Shown here piece by piece: positions 20,988 through 30,800 of a stretch of DNA of 64,000 bases. Source of the stretch: Methanotrichaceae archaeon (lineage in GTDB: Archaea > Halobacteriota > Methanosarcinia > Methanotrichales > Methanotrichaceae); NCBI GenBank assembly GCA_963813075.1, contig CAWEXU010000004.1, positions 320,001-384,000 of the forward strand, read 5' to 3'. A program made the translations under genes and the position numbers. The notes below the pieces were generated by a model. The model ran no database searches. It saw only the letters and a list, made by a program, of their open reading frames with translations, and was not told the DNA's origin. Within the stretch, counting starts at the first letter, position 1. Each line of letters starts with the position of its first letter.

Positions 20988-21491
20988 CTAGCAGACACAG
21001 GCGGGGGACTTTGTGGGAGAGGGGGCCTGACCTTGACCGGAAGATCCACATTTGGATTTGAGCTCGCGGGCATCAAATGAGGCGGGCATGACACCATCTT
21101 CAGTGGCACCTGATCCTTTGCACTTCTCCAGGCATCCGCTTTGCGCATAGGATGCACGATTGGGGCAGATGCATGGAAGATCAGCATCTTTAGTGGCACC
21201 TGATCCTTTGCACTTCTCCATGCATCCGGTTTGCGCACAGGATGCACGGTTGGGGCAGATGCATGGAAGATCAGCATCTTTAGCGGCACCTGATCCCTTG
21301 CACTTCTCCAGGCATCCGGTTTGTGCGCAGGATGCATTGCCAGGGCAGATGCACGGAATAACAGCACCTTCCGTAGCAGATGGTACTTTGCATTTTTCCA
21401 GGCCTGCGTTTTGCCCGCAGGATGCGCTTCCCAGAGCCAATCCGATTCCCGCAAGCAGCAGGACTATTGAGGCAATTATGAGTTTATTCAT
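20988..21491 (-). CDS. Secreted Cys-rich protein with about four 30-aa repeats
   Basis: Signal peptide MNKLIIASIVLLLAGIGLALG; repeat ASCAQTGCLEKCKGSGAxKDADLPCICPNR; 90-bp DNA tandem repeat. Confidence 0.8.
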   Translation of the reverse strand: MNKLIIASIVLLLAGIGLALGSASCGQNAGLEKCKVPSATEGAVIPCICPGNASCAQTGCLEKCKGSGAAKDADLPCICPNRASCAQTGCMEKCKGSGATKDADLPCICPNRASYAQSGCLEKCKGSGATEDGVMPASFDARELKSKCGSSGQGQAPSPTKSPACVC

Positions 21492-21812
21492 TTACACCAC
21501 TCTGCTCATCATTTTAAACGTTGCACGTTCAAACCGTTTTGGGTCACTATAGCATATGACGATTTGGATTTGGGCAAAACTCATTTGGCTTTTTGGCGTG
21601 ATTCATATCCATATTGGAAATATATATGTAACAAATTTTACTATATTCTCGGTGTAATCCTTTTTATGGACATAAACGCGGCAAAGAGATAAGGACGGGA
21701 TAATATAGAAGGTTTTTGCCTGACCGGGTGTTCGAAAAATTCCTCTTTATTTCGGCGATTGTCTTATATAGTGGAGTTAACAATTGTAATGTGATAGCCT
21801 AAAGGAGGAGCC

Positions 21813-22397
21813 ATGAAGATAATTAGCCTGCTTGGAGCATTTGCAGTTCTCAGTTTCATGCTTGTGCCTGCTCTATCCCAGCTAAGCCAGAAGAGCTGTG
21901 CCTGCCCACCGCATGGCTGCCAGGGAGACTCAATAGATAGATGCTGCGGCAAATCCCCGGATAGCTGCATTTCGTTGAATTGTGCCTGTCTTGGCCTGAT
22001 TGCATCATATTCAGGCACAGAGTACTTCGCACCCGCCAATTCCTACTTCAGCAGGAGCAGCACGCGTTCGCCGGTCAGGGCCGGCCAAGAGGGGTTGACA
22101 AGCCCTATGGATCTCGCTTCGTCCCAACAATTATCCCAGGTTGCCCCGGGGGGCGCAGGACCGCCGGACCCGGATGTGGTGGAATATCTGCCGCCGTCAG
22201 CCAAGGAGGTCTTCCTGGTCCTCGCAACCCAAGGGCCTCTGACTCAGAAGGACATCATTGACAAGACAGATCTTCCCCCAAGGACAGTTAGATATGCCCT
22301 GGACAGGCTCAGAGGAGAGGATATGCTGGTGGAGCGATTCTCCTTCCGTGATGCCCGGCAAAGCCTGTACTGCCTGACTGGAAAAGAGGCCAGGTAG
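21813..22397 (+). CDS. Signal peptide + Cys-rich segment + C-terminal winged HTH
   Basis: RBS GGAGGAG; MKIISLLGAFAVLSFMLVPALS; CACPPHGC..CC..C..CAC; LPPSAKEVFLVL..GPLTQKDI..LPPRTVRYALDRL..DARQSLY archaeal wHTH. Confidence 0.78.
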   Translation: MKIISLLGAFAVLSFMLVPALSQLSQKSCACPPHGCQGDSIDRCCGKSPDSCISLNCACLGLIASYSGTEYFAPANSYFSRSSTRSPVRAGQEGLTSPMDLASSQQLSQVAPGGAGPPDPDVVEYLPPSAKEVFLVLATQGPLTQKDIIDKTDLPPRTVRYALDRLRGEDMLVERFSFRDARQSLYCLTGKEAR

Positions 22398-22538
22398 CCC
22401 CATGAAGTTGATCCAACCCCCAAGGGGCTGCGGTTAATCTCAAAGATATCAACAGCGCCTTAATACTCATGGACTTCAACATCACGGCTCCACCATCTAT
22501 TTAAGCGCAGTTTTCCAGGATTTTCATGGTCGATAAAA

Positions 22539-22973
22539 ATGAGCTATCTAGCAAATATCCAGACCTCGGGCAGGGATGCAAATCCATTCTTCCGGCTGAT
22601 GGACATTGAGCTGGGCCCTTATGGCGGAGGAGAAGCAGTGCTATTCATGCCTGTGCGTGCTGATATGCTGAACGGCGTAGGATGGCTGCAGGGAGGCCTT
22701 TACTCTGCCCTGTGCGACGAGGCCATGGCCCTTGCCCTTTTCACCGTACTTGATGATGATGAGGCCATAGCCACCATATCCGAGAGCACCAGCTTCCTGC
22801 AGGGTATCCGGAATGGTAGCATCTCCGCTCAGGCGAAAGTGGTTAAGAAGGGCAGAGCGGTGGCCTTCGTTGAGGGCAGGGTGTCCGGCAAAGCTGACGG
22901 CACTCTCCTCTCTAAGACCCAGGCCTCATTCGCCATCATGTCCCGGAGAAAGGGTGAGCCGAAAGTGCAGTAA
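22539..22973 (+). CDS. PaaI-family thioesterase (hotdog fold)
   Basis: NGVGWLQGG..ALCDEAM motif. Confidence 0.88.
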   Translation: MSYLANIQTSGRDANPFFRLMDIELGPYGGGEAVLFMPVRADMLNGVGWLQGGLYSALCDEAMALALFTVLDDDEAIATISESTSFLQGIRNGSISAQAKVVKKGRAVAFVEGRVSGKADGTLLSKTQASFAIMSRRKGEPKVQ

Positions 22974-22999
22974 GGCAGATCGATTTGGCTCAAACCGGG

Positions 23000-23230
23000 C
23001 TACAGATTTGCCCGCTGGAACCCGGTCATGCCGGACTCGCCCAGCTGCAGCCTTCTCACGATCTCGCCCGCAGCACGGGCATCGGGGGCTGTAGCCAGAA
23101 TTCTCGCCCTGGAGAGAACTGTCCTCTTTCCGCAGGGACAGGTTCTGGTCTTGGCATCATCCAGGGAGTACAGATGCCGTCCGCAGCTGCAGCGAAATAC
23201 AATGAACATCAAAATAAATTGGGCTTTCAC
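23000..23230 (-). CDS. Small zinc-ribbon protein (DUF1922-like)
   Basis: FRCSCGR...TCPCGK; directly downstream of rps8e. Confidence 0.72.
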   Translation of the reverse strand: MKAQFILMFIVFRCSCGRHLYSLDDAKTRTCPCGKRTVLSRARILATAPDARAAGEIVRRLQLGESGMTGFQRANL

Positions 23231-23610
23231 ACAGCAGGCAGCAATACGGCATTGATGATGCCATCCTGGCCCGGCCGGTTGGTAATCCTGGCATCCCCGA
23301 TCTCTGTCTTGATGACTGCGCCCTTGGTGAGAATGCTCCTTCTCATGTAGTGCAGATTGGCCTTGTTCTCTTTTGCGGTCTCTACCTTGACCATCTTGGT
23401 GATTCCTGTCTTTGGATCTGCGACTGCCACCATGTTGCCGCGCAGCATTCGCACCTTCTCCTTCCCGCCCCGGATCTGGACCTTCTTGATCCTTACTTCA
23501 CCGATGGTGGTATCGCTCTGCTCTCGTCCAATCTCGAACTTTCTTTTGCCCCGGGCAACAATCAGCTTTCCGCCCGTGGCCTTCCGTCCCATCTTGCCTT
23601 GCCAACGCAT
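23227..23610 (-). CDS. rps8e: 30S ribosomal protein S8e
   Basis: MRWQG..RKATGGK..KRKFEIGR..ILTKGAVI..TNRPGQDGIINAVL; true start at 23610. Confidence 0.96.
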   Translation of the reverse strand: MRWQGKMGRKATGGKLIVARGKRKFEIGREQSDTTIGEVRIKKVQIRGGKEKVRMLRGNMVAVADPKTGITKMVKVETAKENKANLHYMRRSILTKGAVIKTEIGDARITNRPGQDGIINAVLLPAV

Positions 23611-23720
23611 ATTTTTATTCCTCAGATCGCAAATGATCTTCAGTGCACTGAATTTAAAGGTTGTGGTGATAGGTGACTGATGACTGATCAAAAAGGCTGC
23701 CATCTCAGCCCTGGTGCATT

Positions 23721-25268
23721 CTATGCCAGCCTCTTTGTCATATAGGGCGGGCATAGGTCGTACCCCCGCCTGCGGTAGTAGCCCCTCGCCCCTATGCCGC
23801 TGGTGACATCGATCTGGGAATAGCCCGCCTCAAAAGCCAGCTTCTCCGCCTCATCCACCAGCCTGGATCCATAGCCACGGTGCTGCCAGCCATCCTGCCT
23901 GCTGCCAATGGGGACCATGGGGCCGTAGACATGCAGCTCCCGAATCCGGGCAGAGGTGCTCAGTCGCAGGCGCAAGAATCCCACCAGGACATCATCCTCC
24001 GTCTCAAAGGAGAGAAAGTGCTCTATTGCCCCGGAGGCGATATAGGATTCATGCTTTAGCCTGGGCTCGGCCTGGACCACTCTTCTCAATCCCGCCTCCC
24101 GGCAGCGGATGCACTGGCAGCTGCTGCCCCGTTCCTCCAGCCTTTGCCTGGCCAGCTGACGTAGGTTGGACTTCTTTACTCCGGCCACGATCAGAGGGGA
24201 GGGGATGTCCCTTTGCACCCGCTGCAGCCGGACATATCGGGGCAGGATCTCCTTGATCCGTGAGACCAGCTCCGCGGCATCATCGTCCCCAAGAGCCGTG
24301 TACTCGCCTCGCAGGTACTGACGGTATAGCTCCGTCCCTTCTATGACCAGGGTGGGATAGATCTTCAGATAGTCAGGACGAAATCGGCTATCGGAGAAAA
24401 GGTCCCTGAACACCTCCAGGTCCCGCACCGGGCTGGAGCCGGGAAGGCCGGGCATCATGTGATATCCCACCTTCAGACCCGCCTCTCGCAGGTTGGCGCT
24501 CGCCCGGGCAGCATCCTCGACCGTATGGCCCCTATTCATTTTGGCCAGCAGGTCATCATCCAGGCTCTGTACCCCCAGCTCCACCTTGGTCGCCCCCAGG
24601 CAGAGCATCTCTTTTATCTGATCGGGGCGGCACCAGTCAGGCCGGGTCTCAAAGGTGGTGCCGACATTGCGAACCAGGGCGCTCTCATTTGCCCGGGCCA
24701 CCTCTCGGAAGGACTGCCAGCCAGAGATCCCCGGGCCGCCAGGAAAGTCGTTCATGGCCTGGAGGCAGCGCTTGACAAACCAGTTCTGATATCCCAGGGG
24801 GCGGGAGGTGATCGTCCCCCCCATGATGATCAGCTCAGACTTGTCCAGGGAGTGGCCGATCTCATCCAGCTGGCCCAGCCTGGCTGTCACCTGGTCATAG
24901 GGATCAAAGCGGTGCTGACAGGCTCGAAGAGCCGCCGGCTCTTTGCCGGTGTAGCTTTGCGGGGAGAGATTGAGAATTCCCCCCGGACAGGGGACGCAGG
25001 TCCCATGGGGACAGCGGGCCGGTGAGGTCATGGCGGCGATGACCGCCACCCCGGATAGGGTTCGAGTCGGCTTTCTCACCAGCATCTTCAGAGCCTCTCG
25101 TTCCCCATCCTTTGCCTGGCAGAGGATATCGGCATTGCTGGGCAAAGAGGCCAGGCCCAGCTGAGCCGAGAGCCTCTTTTTGGCCGCCTCCAGCGCGGCC
25201 TCGTCAGCAATCTTCCCCTCCAGGACCGCCTCTGCTATGCTGCGCAGCCCGGAGGCTATTCGATCCAA
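23721..25268 (-). CDS. elp3: tRNA U34 modification radical SAM/GNAT enzyme Elp3
   Basis: KPTRTLSGVAV, CPHGTCVPCPGG, QSYTG.EPA, ETRPD, KIYPT, RELHVYG, WQHRGYG. Confidence 0.95.
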   Translation of the reverse strand: MDRIASGLRSIAEAVLEGKIADEAALEAAKKRLSAQLGLASLPSNADILCQAKDGEREALKMLVRKPTRTLSGVAVIAAMTSPARCPHGTCVPCPGGILNLSPQSYTGKEPAALRACQHRFDPYDQVTARLGQLDEIGHSLDKSELIIMGGTITSRPLGYQNWFVKRCLQAMNDFPGGPGISGWQSFREVARANESALVRNVGTTFETRPDWCRPDQIKEMLCLGATKVELGVQSLDDDLLAKMNRGHTVEDAARASANLREAGLKVGYHMMPGLPGSSPVRDLEVFRDLFSDSRFRPDYLKIYPTLVIEGTELYRQYLRGEYTALGDDDAAELVSRIKEILPRYVRLQRVQRDIPSPLIVAGVKKSNLRQLARQRLEERGSSCQCIRCREAGLRRVVQAEPRLKHESYIASGAIEHFLSFETEDDVLVGFLRLRLSTSARIRELHVYGPMVPIGSRQDGWQHRGYGSRLVDEAEKLAFEAGYSQIDVTSGIGARGYYRRRGYDLCPPYMTKRLA

Positions 25269-25774
25269 CTGACCGCCCCAGCACGTTTTGGGCGCTCCGG
25301 CCGGTCCGGGTTCTCATCCGGCCAGCCCAGGGAGACAATGGCCACGGGCAGGACTTCATCCTCCAGACGGAGGGCTTCGCGCACCAGATCATCGTCAAAC
25401 GCCCCGTTCCAGCAGGCACCCAGGCCCGCATCATGAGCAGCTAAAAGAAGGCACATCGTTGCCGCATCCGCATCCTGGATGGCATAAAGGCCGCCCCGGC
25501 TGCCATAGCGAACGCTGGAGGCGGTAATATCCGCGCAGACCACGATGAGAAGAGGGGCCGCTTCGATATGCTCCTGACCATAGGCAGCCGCGGCCAGGAC
25601 CCGTCTCATTGCCTCATTGCTCACCAGGACATACCTCCTGGCAGAGAGGTTTCCGGCCGATGGCGCACACTCGGCAGCATCGATTAATGATTGTGCCAGA
25701 TCTTTGGGAATGGGACGGGGCATATATCTTCGCGTCGACCTCCGGGTCCCCAGGGCATCCATGAGATTCATCAA
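25256..25774 (-). CDS. Nitroreductase family protein
   Basis: RRSTRRY, APSAGN, GLGACW. Confidence 0.9.
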   Translation of the reverse strand: MMNLMDALGTRRSTRRYMPRPIPKDLAQSLIDAAECAPSAGNLSARRYVLVSNEAMRRVLAAAAYGQEHIEAAPLLIVVCADITASSVRYGSRGGLYAIQDADAATMCLLLAAHDAGLGACWNGAFDDDLVREALRLEDEVLPVAIVSLGWPDENPDRPERPKRAGAVSWIE

Positions 25775-25814
25775 TTACGAAAGGCAGGCCGCTATGATAA
25801 TAATCTTCTCTTAT

Positions 25815-26756
25815 TCAGAACAGCTCGCATAGATACAAAGACTCTGCCCGGCCCAGCTGCCTCAGGGCCAGGCCATCAGCATCCAGAATGATGTATGTAT
25901 TGGGATACTCAATCCGAGAGCCTTTTGCTGGCTCGCAGGTGAAGCTTCCCGCATTCACCGCCAGGGGACCTCCTTTTCTCTGGAAGATCCCTGCCCGGTG
26001 GGTATCCCCATAAATGAAACAGTCCACATCACCCAGATTCCTATCGCGAATGAAATTCCCAATGGCATCGTACTGCACCTTTACCGATGCCAGATGCCTC
26101 TGGTGAAGGATCCCGGTGGTGAGCCTCTGCAATAGGCTTGATGCCTTCCAGACCCTTTCCTCAAATGAAACCATCTCCCCGATGTAAGAGGAGCGGTAGA
26201 TGCTCTCATAGGCATAGGCCATCATCATCTCCAGGTCTGCGGGCAGGAGCTCCTCTCCGTACATATGTCGAATCCTCTCCACCATCTGCATGGTGAAGGT
26301 CTGGATGCCATCTAAATGGTGGCCGTGGGCGAATAGGACGGTCCGGTGGCAGCAGTGAACACGGTAAGTGGGATAGAGCATGTCGATGTTCAGGCCATTT
26401 ATGGTCTGCCGCCAGCGCAAAGAGGGTGAATAGACGGGAAAAAGGTCGCCGCGCGCCGCCCTCTCCATGAAGTCAGACTCCTGCTTTTGCACCACCAGAT
26501 GATGGTCATGATTTCCCACCACATAGTGAATCTTCAGGTCCTCTTCCGCCAGCCTTTTCAAGAGAGGGACTGATTGCCGGAGAGCATTCTCTGGCCGCAC
26601 CCTCCAGAAATCGAATATATCGCCCAATAGGATAACCTCATCGCAGCCGCCTCCATATTCTGCAATCTCCCCCATCAACTGATCGACCTTTAACGGATCG
26701 CTGAGCGTGGATGAGTCCAGGCCAAAGTGCGTATCCGAGATTACCACCGCGGACAT
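25815..26756 (-). CDS. Calcineurin-like metallophosphoesterase
   Basis: SDTH, GDIFD, GNHD, HGH, GDTH, NAGS motifs. Confidence 0.85.
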   Translation of the reverse strand: MSAVVISDTHFGLDSSTLSDPLKVDQLMGEIAEYGGGCDEVILLGDIFDFWRVRPENALRQSVPLLKRLAEEDLKIHYVVGNHDHHLVVQKQESDFMERAARGDLFPVYSPSLRWRQTINGLNIDMLYPTYRVHCCHRTVLFAHGHHLDGIQTFTMQMVERIRHMYGEELLPADLEMMMAYAYESIYRSSYIGEMVSFEERVWKASSLLQRLTTGILHQRHLASVKVQYDAIGNFIRDRNLGDVDCFIYGDTHRAGIFQRKGGPLAVNAGSFTCEPAKGSRIEYPNTYIILDADGLALRQLGRAESLYLCELF

Positions 26757-26946
26757 AATCTCTCCCCCCTTCCCTTCACAACTGTTTATTACAGTAGTTA
26801 TTTATAAATATTGTGCGAGGCTGAGGAGGGAGACTCCGCCAAATGGATCAGACCTCAAGCAATGATAGTGTTCAAAGAGATGGATATAAGAGGCTCAATA
26901 ACTCTGGCGAAAGGCAAAAATATGTTACTTTAGAGGAGATCAAGAA

Positions 26947-27819
26947 ATGATTGACATCGCCATTCCCAAGGGCAGCCTGCAAAACCAGACCCTGCAGCTC
27001 TTCGAGCAGGCAGGACTGGAGGTTAAGAGAACAGAGCGGGAGTACAACGCCCGCATAGATGACCCGCGCATAGGCAAGGTGAAGATCCTCCGCCCCCAGG
27101 AGATACCGGGATATGTGGCCAAGGGCTACTTCGACCTGGGGATCTCGGGCACGGACTGGATAATGGAATCCGGTGCCATTGTGACCAAGGTCGCGGAGCT
27201 AAACTACGGAAAGCAGGGCCCAGGGGCAGTGAAGCTGGTGGTGGCCGTGCCGGAGAGCCTGGATATAAGCTCCGCCCGCATGATAAAGCCGGGAAGCCGG
27301 GTGGCCACGGAATATCCCAATCTGACCAGGACCTTCTTCTCCAACCTCGGAATTCCTGTGGACATTCAGTTCTCCTTCGGAGCCACCGAGGCCAAGGTTC
27401 CAGAATTGACCGATGTGGTGGTGGACCTCACCGAGACCGGCTCCACCCTGAAGAAGAACGGCCTGAAGATCATCGATGTCATGCTGGAGTCGACGTCAGA
27501 GCTGGTAGCCAATAAGAAGAGCTTTGCCGATGAGGAGAAGCATGATGACATCTCCGCCGTCCAGACCCTCCTTTTGGCGGTGATGAGGGCGCGGGGAAAG
27601 ACCCTGTTGAAAATGAACGTGCCAGAAGTCGCATTGGACGCCGTCATCTCCATGCTTCCCAGCATGAAAAGGCCCACTCTCTCCAAGCTCTACAACACCG
27701 ATTATTATGCCATAGAGACGGTGGTGGACCGCTCCCAGGTCAACCTGCTCATACCCCAGCTGAAAAAGTCGGGAGCTGAGGACATACTGGAGCTGGCGAT
27801 ATCCAAGATCGTTCCCTGA
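26947..27819 (+). CDS. hisG: ATP phosphoribosyltransferase (long form)
   Basis: IAIPKGSL, LRPQEIP, ATEYP, GATEAK, DLTETGSTL, C-terminal regulatory domain. Confidence 0.96.
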   Translation: MIDIAIPKGSLQNQTLQLFEQAGLEVKRTEREYNARIDDPRIGKVKILRPQEIPGYVAKGYFDLGISGTDWIMESGAIVTKVAELNYGKQGPGAVKLVVAVPESLDISSARMIKPGSRVATEYPNLTRTFFSNLGIPVDIQFSFGATEAKVPELTDVVVDLTETGSTLKKNGLKIIDVMLESTSELVANKKSFADEEKHDDISAVQTLLLAVMRARGKTLLKMNVPEVALDAVISMLPSMKRPTLSKLYNTDYYAIETVVDRSQVNLLIPQLKKSGAEDILELAISKIVP

Positions 27820-27832
27820 TAGAAAAAGCGAG

Positions 27833-27907
27833 CGGGCGCAGAGGGATTCGAACCCCCGATCTACAGCTTAGGAGGCTGCCGCCTTATCCTGACTAGGCCA
27901 CGCGCCC
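27833..27907 (-). tRNA. tRNA-Arg(CCT)
   Basis: GGGCGCGTGGCCTAGTCAGGATAAGGCGGCAGC-CT-CCT-AA-GCTGT...GGTTCGAATCCC cloverleaf. Confidence 0.95.
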
Positions 27908-27988
27908 TTCTTTTGGACTCTCCTGGTTTAACCAACAGATATATCAACCTTTCCGGATCGGCGGCTCGGGTACAGGCATAAACTCCAT

Positions 27989-29515
27989 TCAGCGGATGAG
28001 CACTCCGCTCAAGACCACCACGAACAGGCCCAGGAAGAACCATCCAAGGATTCCCTCCGCCATGGCCAGGTGGCGATAAACGCCCACCGGATAGGTGTTC
28101 ACCGGAGCCTGAGAGGTGGTGAACATGGCGATGGAAAAGTAGAGGGCATCGGTGAAAGAGACCCTGGCGGATGGCTTCAGGCTGGGGTCACCGGGAAGCT
28201 CCATCCCCACGATCTCGAACTTGTTCATCCCCTTTCCGGCCCAGAAGACCACCCCGAAGAACAGAATGGTAAAGAGGCACCAGAAGACGGTATAACTCAC
28301 CCGGACCCCATAGCCGCAGGAGAGCCAGGCAATCAGATCGGATATCTTTCCCCAGCCCCAGGGTGTCTGGTCCTGCCCGATTCTGCGGTACTGATAGTAG
28401 CAGTCGTCGGCATCCTCGAACCACTCCAGGCTCTTGTAGTTCCTGACCAGGGCCAGATAGGCAGCACCATTGTAGACCAGCCGATCCCTGATCACCCCCC
28501 ATCTAACCTCCAGCTTGGTGAAGTCGGAGTTGTTCAGGTTGATCTTCGAATTCTCCTGAAAGCTCACATTATCCAGACGCATGTTATAGAGCCTGGAATC
28601 CTCCATGTTCAGGTCACGATCAAACCGGGCATTGATGAAGTAGGCCAGATCGGTGAACTTGACTCCCCCGAAGTAGGCCGTGCGGTTGAAATATACATTG
28701 GTGAAATCAGCCAGCCCCCCGAAGCTGGCGAGGCCAAAGGTGCTCCCCAAAAGGAAGCTGGCTCCGCGGAAGACCACACTGCCGGCAAACCTGGTGGCGG
28801 CAAAGGCAGAATTGCCCTGGAACCGGGCATTCAGGAATGTGGTATGGCCTCCAAACTGGGTCTCCAGGAAGCTCACATTCACGAACCTGGCATTAGCGAA
28901 GGAGGCCAGCCGCTGGAACTGGGCAAAATCGAAGTCCACATCCCGGGAGAAGCTGCTGTTGAGGAACACCGCGTCTCCAGCAAACTGGCTGTTCCCAAAA
29001 CTTGCGTCCTCGGAAAACCGGGCGCTGAGAAATGAGGCCTGCCCACCGAAATAGGTGTTGCGAAGATCGGCCTGGCCCTCGAAGACCACATCCGAGAATC
29101 TTGCCCCTCCAATAAATCGGCAGCCTACAAAGTCCACGTTATCCCGAAAGACGCTCCCCTGCAGGTCAAGTGGCTCGTCGAAGCTCGCGGCAGAAAATCC
29201 GACCGGTCCCTGAAAGATGCTATTGGTGATCCTCACCGGCTGAGGCAGTGATCCCTGCAGCTCCCCCAATACCAGTGAGCCAGTAATGGAGACATTGTCA
29301 TACCTTATCGGCTCGCCTGACATCAACTGAGCCAGGATAGCCTCTGCAGCTACGGTTTCCTGGTTTGGCGCAATATAGCCATCTTCCTTTGGCTCTGCGG
29401 CAGAGGCCGTGGAAAATAGCAGCATAAAGAGGATCAATGCCCATCGAGATATTTCAACCACTGAACAGGAATTGAGCCGCCAGGGATTTATGACTTTGTA
29501 TTGCAGGAATATCAT
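27989..29515 (-). CDS. Pentapeptide-repeat protein with C-terminal two-TM ion-channel-like domain
   Basis: Many A.F.G.A.F repeats; CGYG, DALYFSIAMFTT, AEGILGW; start probably slightly downstream. Confidence 0.82.
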   Translation of the reverse strand: MIFLQYKVINPWRLNSCSVVEISRWALILFMLLFSTASAAEPKEDGYIAPNQETVAAEAILAQLMSGEPIRYDNVSITGSLVLGELQGSLPQPVRITNSIFQGPVGFSAASFDEPLDLQGSVFRDNVDFVGCRFIGGARFSDVVFEGQADLRNTYFGGQASFLSARFSEDASFGNSQFAGDAVFLNSSFSRDVDFDFAQFQRLASFANARFVNVSFLETQFGGHTTFLNARFQGNSAFAATRFAGSVVFRGASFLLGSTFGLASFGGLADFTNVYFNRTAYFGGVKFTDLAYFINARFDRDLNMEDSRLYNMRLDNVSFQENSKINLNNSDFTKLEVRWGVIRDRLVYNGAAYLALVRNYKSLEWFEDADDCYYQYRRIGQDQTPWGWGKISDLIAWLSCGYGVRVSYTVFWCLFTILFFGVVFWAGKGMNKFEIVGMELPGDPSLKPSARVSFTDALYFSIAMFTTSQAPVNTYPVGVYRHLAMAEGILGWFFLGLFVVVLSGVLIR

Positions 29516-29525
29516 GCAAGATACT

Positions 29526-30428
29526 ATGGCAGAGAAGACCCTGGCCCGCCAGGGCTACCACCTGGTGGGCTCGGGGGCTGTCAAGCCCTGCCTGTGGCTG
29601 AACCGCTCTCTGCGGGGGGGCGATCAGTGCTATAAACATCATTTTTACGGCATATCCAGCCACCGCTGTGTGCAGATGACCCCCACATTGGAGTGCAACC
29701 ACCTCTGCCTGCACTGCTGGAGACCGATAGACGACCCGATACCGGGAAAAGAACCCACCGAGCCGGCAGATCTCCTGGAGGGGATACTGCAGGGCCAGCA
29801 GAGGTTCATCTCCGGCTACGGTGGCTCTGCTACCACCAATCCAGAGCGGCTGGTGGAGGCGCGCGATCCCAAGCACATGGCCATATCACTGATGGGCGAG
29901 CCCACCCTCTATCCCTATCTCAAGGAGTTAATCGACCTGGCCTCAAAGCGGGGTATGACCACATTTCTGGTGAGCAATGCCACCTGTCCCGAGGTCCTGG
30001 CGGAGCTGAGACCGACTCAGCTCTACCTGAGCCTCAATGCCCCCAATGAGGAGATGTACCGGCAGGTATGCAATCCCGCAAAAGACCTCTGGCCGAAGAT
30101 CTTAGAGTCCCTGCAGCTATTGAAAGAGCACCGGTGCCGCAATGTGATCCGCATGACCCTGGTCCGGGGCCTTAACATGGAAAAGCTCGAGGATTATGCC
30201 CGGCTGATCGGTGATGCCGAACCGGATTTTGTCGAACTGAAGGCCTATATGCACCTTGGCCGATCCCGCGCCCGGCTGGAGAGGACGGCCATGCCCCAGC
30301 ACACCGAGATCCTGGACCTGGCGGATTCCTTAGCCGGATTCCTGGGCTACCGGCTGGAGGCTGATGTGCCCCTGAGCAGAGTGGCCCTCCTGGCCTGCGG
30401 GCGGGTCTCCAGAATCATCGAGATGTAG
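29526..30428 (+). CDS. taw1: 4-demethylwyosine synthase Taw1/Tyw1 (radical SAM)
   Basis: VKPCLW, CYK..FYGI.SHRCVQMTP, CNHLCLHCWR, AISLMGEPT, EPDFVELKAYM. Confidence 0.93.
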   Translation: MAEKTLARQGYHLVGSGAVKPCLWLNRSLRGGDQCYKHHFYGISSHRCVQMTPTLECNHLCLHCWRPIDDPIPGKEPTEPADLLEGILQGQQRFISGYGGSATTNPERLVEARDPKHMAISLMGEPTLYPYLKELIDLASKRGMTTFLVSNATCPEVLAELRPTQLYLSLNAPNEEMYRQVCNPAKDLWPKILESLQLLKEHRCRNVIRMTLVRGLNMEKLEDYARLIGDAEPDFVELKAYMHLGRSRARLERTAMPQHTEILDLADSLAGFLGYRLEADVPLSRVALLACGRVSRIIEM

Positions 30429-30800
30429 GATTACTGCCGTGGGGAGGGCGGTGTGAACGGCGCGATATCTGAATAAAGTTGATCTGTCTGGACCGATCAG
30501 ATGATCAGGCGGAAAAGACCGCGACTGATACGCAACAGGGACTTATTCCCGATCCCGTCGGCAAAAATCAAGAGGTATGGATAATACTCAATTTCAATAT
30601 TTATTTAATGGATAAAAAACGAGCTGCCTGATCAGAGATAAGGATTCATAGAATTTGGGCTGCAGGTTTGGCCAACCCTCCGACCATGCCACTCTGACAT
30701 GGCCTTCAGTGGGAAAACTATTTTTGTGGGTAGTTTCAATCATGGACTGGGGTTCTGGAAAACAGAGGGCATTTGTTGATGAGGTGCCACGGGTGAGTTA

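Noticed and set aside
19851..21491. Sactipeptide/ranthipeptide cluster (radical SAM next to a Cys-rich peptide)
   Set aside because: The enzyme lacks SPASM/RRE features, the genes are convergent and the peptide has a Sec-type signal; kept only as separate observations
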